Source of the DNA: a virus
Lineage: Duplodnaviria; Caudoviricetes
Strand: one strand, 5' to 3'
Length of the DNA: 56,196 nucleotides
Virus record (IMG/VR): IMGVR_UViG_3300010397_000013
Coordinates: 1 to 56,196 of that record
The notes below the pieces were generated by a model that did not search any database, was not told the DNA's origin, and saw only the letters and a program-made list of their open reading frames with translations. A program made the translations under genes and the position numbers. Shown here piece after piece: positions 55,441 through 56,196 of this stretch (within the stretch, counting starts at the first letter, position 1; every line of letters begins with the position of its first letter).

Positions 55441-55763
55441 AACCTCAATCTGTAACAGACTTAGAGATGTCCTTTCCTGCTAGGATAGAGCATTTAATGC
55501 CGCCCTACTCCGAGATACCGCAAGAGTTCAAGGATGGCCACACCAAATGGAACAATCTGTTTAGTGACTGGTTCTTTTCTGGGTTGTCGTCATTGTCTAT
55601 TACTCCCAAAGAAGGCATTAAACTGGAAGATGCACGGCGGCACCTGCACTGTGTCATGGGATCGTTTGAGCCAAAACACGAACATAAAGAAGCCGCGTGC
55701 GCTTACCTGATGAGCCTTTGGTTTGAAGACGCAAAATGGGAAAAGAAAAAACAAACTCCATGA
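55437..55763 (+). CDS. Hypothetical phage protein
   Basis: WFFSGL, SFEPKHEHKEA..AYL motif. Confidence 0.65.
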   Translation: MKPQSVTDLEMSFPARIEHLMPPYSEIPQEFKDGHTKWNNLFSDWFFSGLSSLSITPKEGIKLEDARRHLHCVMGSFEPKHEHKEAACAYLMSLWFEDAKWEKKKQTP

Positions 55764-55950
55764 TCCCACTCCATCAACTTCCGTTGTCTCGCTGGCGAAA
55801 GATTATGCGAACTAAACCTACCACAGACAATTCATGGCAGAATTGGCAAGCGTCCGAGCGCCTGCGCAATAAGCGCATTGAATGTCTGTGGCGAATCGTG
55901 TGCTCCTGTGTGCTGTTAGTAGTTGCGTTTTTAATTGTGGGAGGGTGTAA

Positions 55951-56196
55951 GTGAATCTAAGTAATTTAGCAGTAGAGGAAATTGCTTTTGAGTCGAAGAC
56001 TCCAGATCGTGGCTATACCATTCGAGCATCATATCTTAAAGAGCCTCACAGAGGGGACGCTCTTATCGAAATATTCAAAGACGGAAACCCACTACGAACG
56101 TTTACATTTCCAGCGTATAAAATCTGGAACCTAGCGGCACACTTTAAAGACATCGTGGACTGTTTACTGGATTCGATCATGATCATTTATCAAGAA
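55951..56196 (+). CDS. Hypothetical protein, 5' part; continues across the join to the stop at 282 (about 134 aa, MNLSNLAVEEIAF...)
   Basis: GTG at 55951 overlaps the previous stop; the frame stays open through the repeat and is in frame with ORF 82..282. Confidence 0.7.
   Translation, partial: MNLSNLAVEEIAFESKTPDRGYTIRASYLKEPHRGDALIEIFKDGNPLRTFTFPAYKIWNLAAHFKDIVDCLLDSIMIIYQE
56074..56196. repeat. Terminal direct repeat, copy 2
   Basis: Identical to 1-123. Confidence 0.95.

Noticed and set aside
56074-56196. 123-bp repeat as a biological direct terminal repeat
   Set aside because: It falls in the middle of an ORF and its length is typical of assembler overlap; treated as evidence of circularity only
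1-56196. Stop-codon reassignment, diversity-generating retroelement, integrase or IS element
   Set aside because: Core genes are intact in the standard code and use all three stops; no reverse transcriptase, recombinase/integrase or transposase motifs recognised

Overview
The window looks like one complete, circularly assembled dsDNA phage genome of about 56.07 kb: bases 1-123 are repeated exactly at 56074-56196, and an ORF reads through the join. The architecture is podovirus-like. A minus-strand tail/ejection module (1317-13769) diverges from a plus-strand head module containing TerL, a glycosyl/methyltransferase insert, portal, scaffold and major capsid protein. These are followed by membrane/secreted proteins with csrA, a replication region (primase-helicase, iteron-like repeats, a dual-frame C5 methyltransferase) and a Sak4/RecE-like recombination operon. 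I recognise no integrase, DNA polymerase, tape measure protein or endolysin. A Verrucomicrobia-like host is a weak inference from one motif. The standout locus is 33499-34607 (- strand): a stand-alone Cas7/RAMP-like gene flanked by non-coding arrays of strictly phased 5-nt GGY-NN units, punctuated by a C(UUCG)G hairpin and closed by an intrinsic terminator. It is a candidate phage-encoded RNA-guided system with a gapped, non-CRISPR guide. Several other structured non-coding RNA candidates are visible: a cluster with ACCA-ended modules, the capsid leader and four-way-junction elements. All product calls are from motif recognition by eye; no searches were run.
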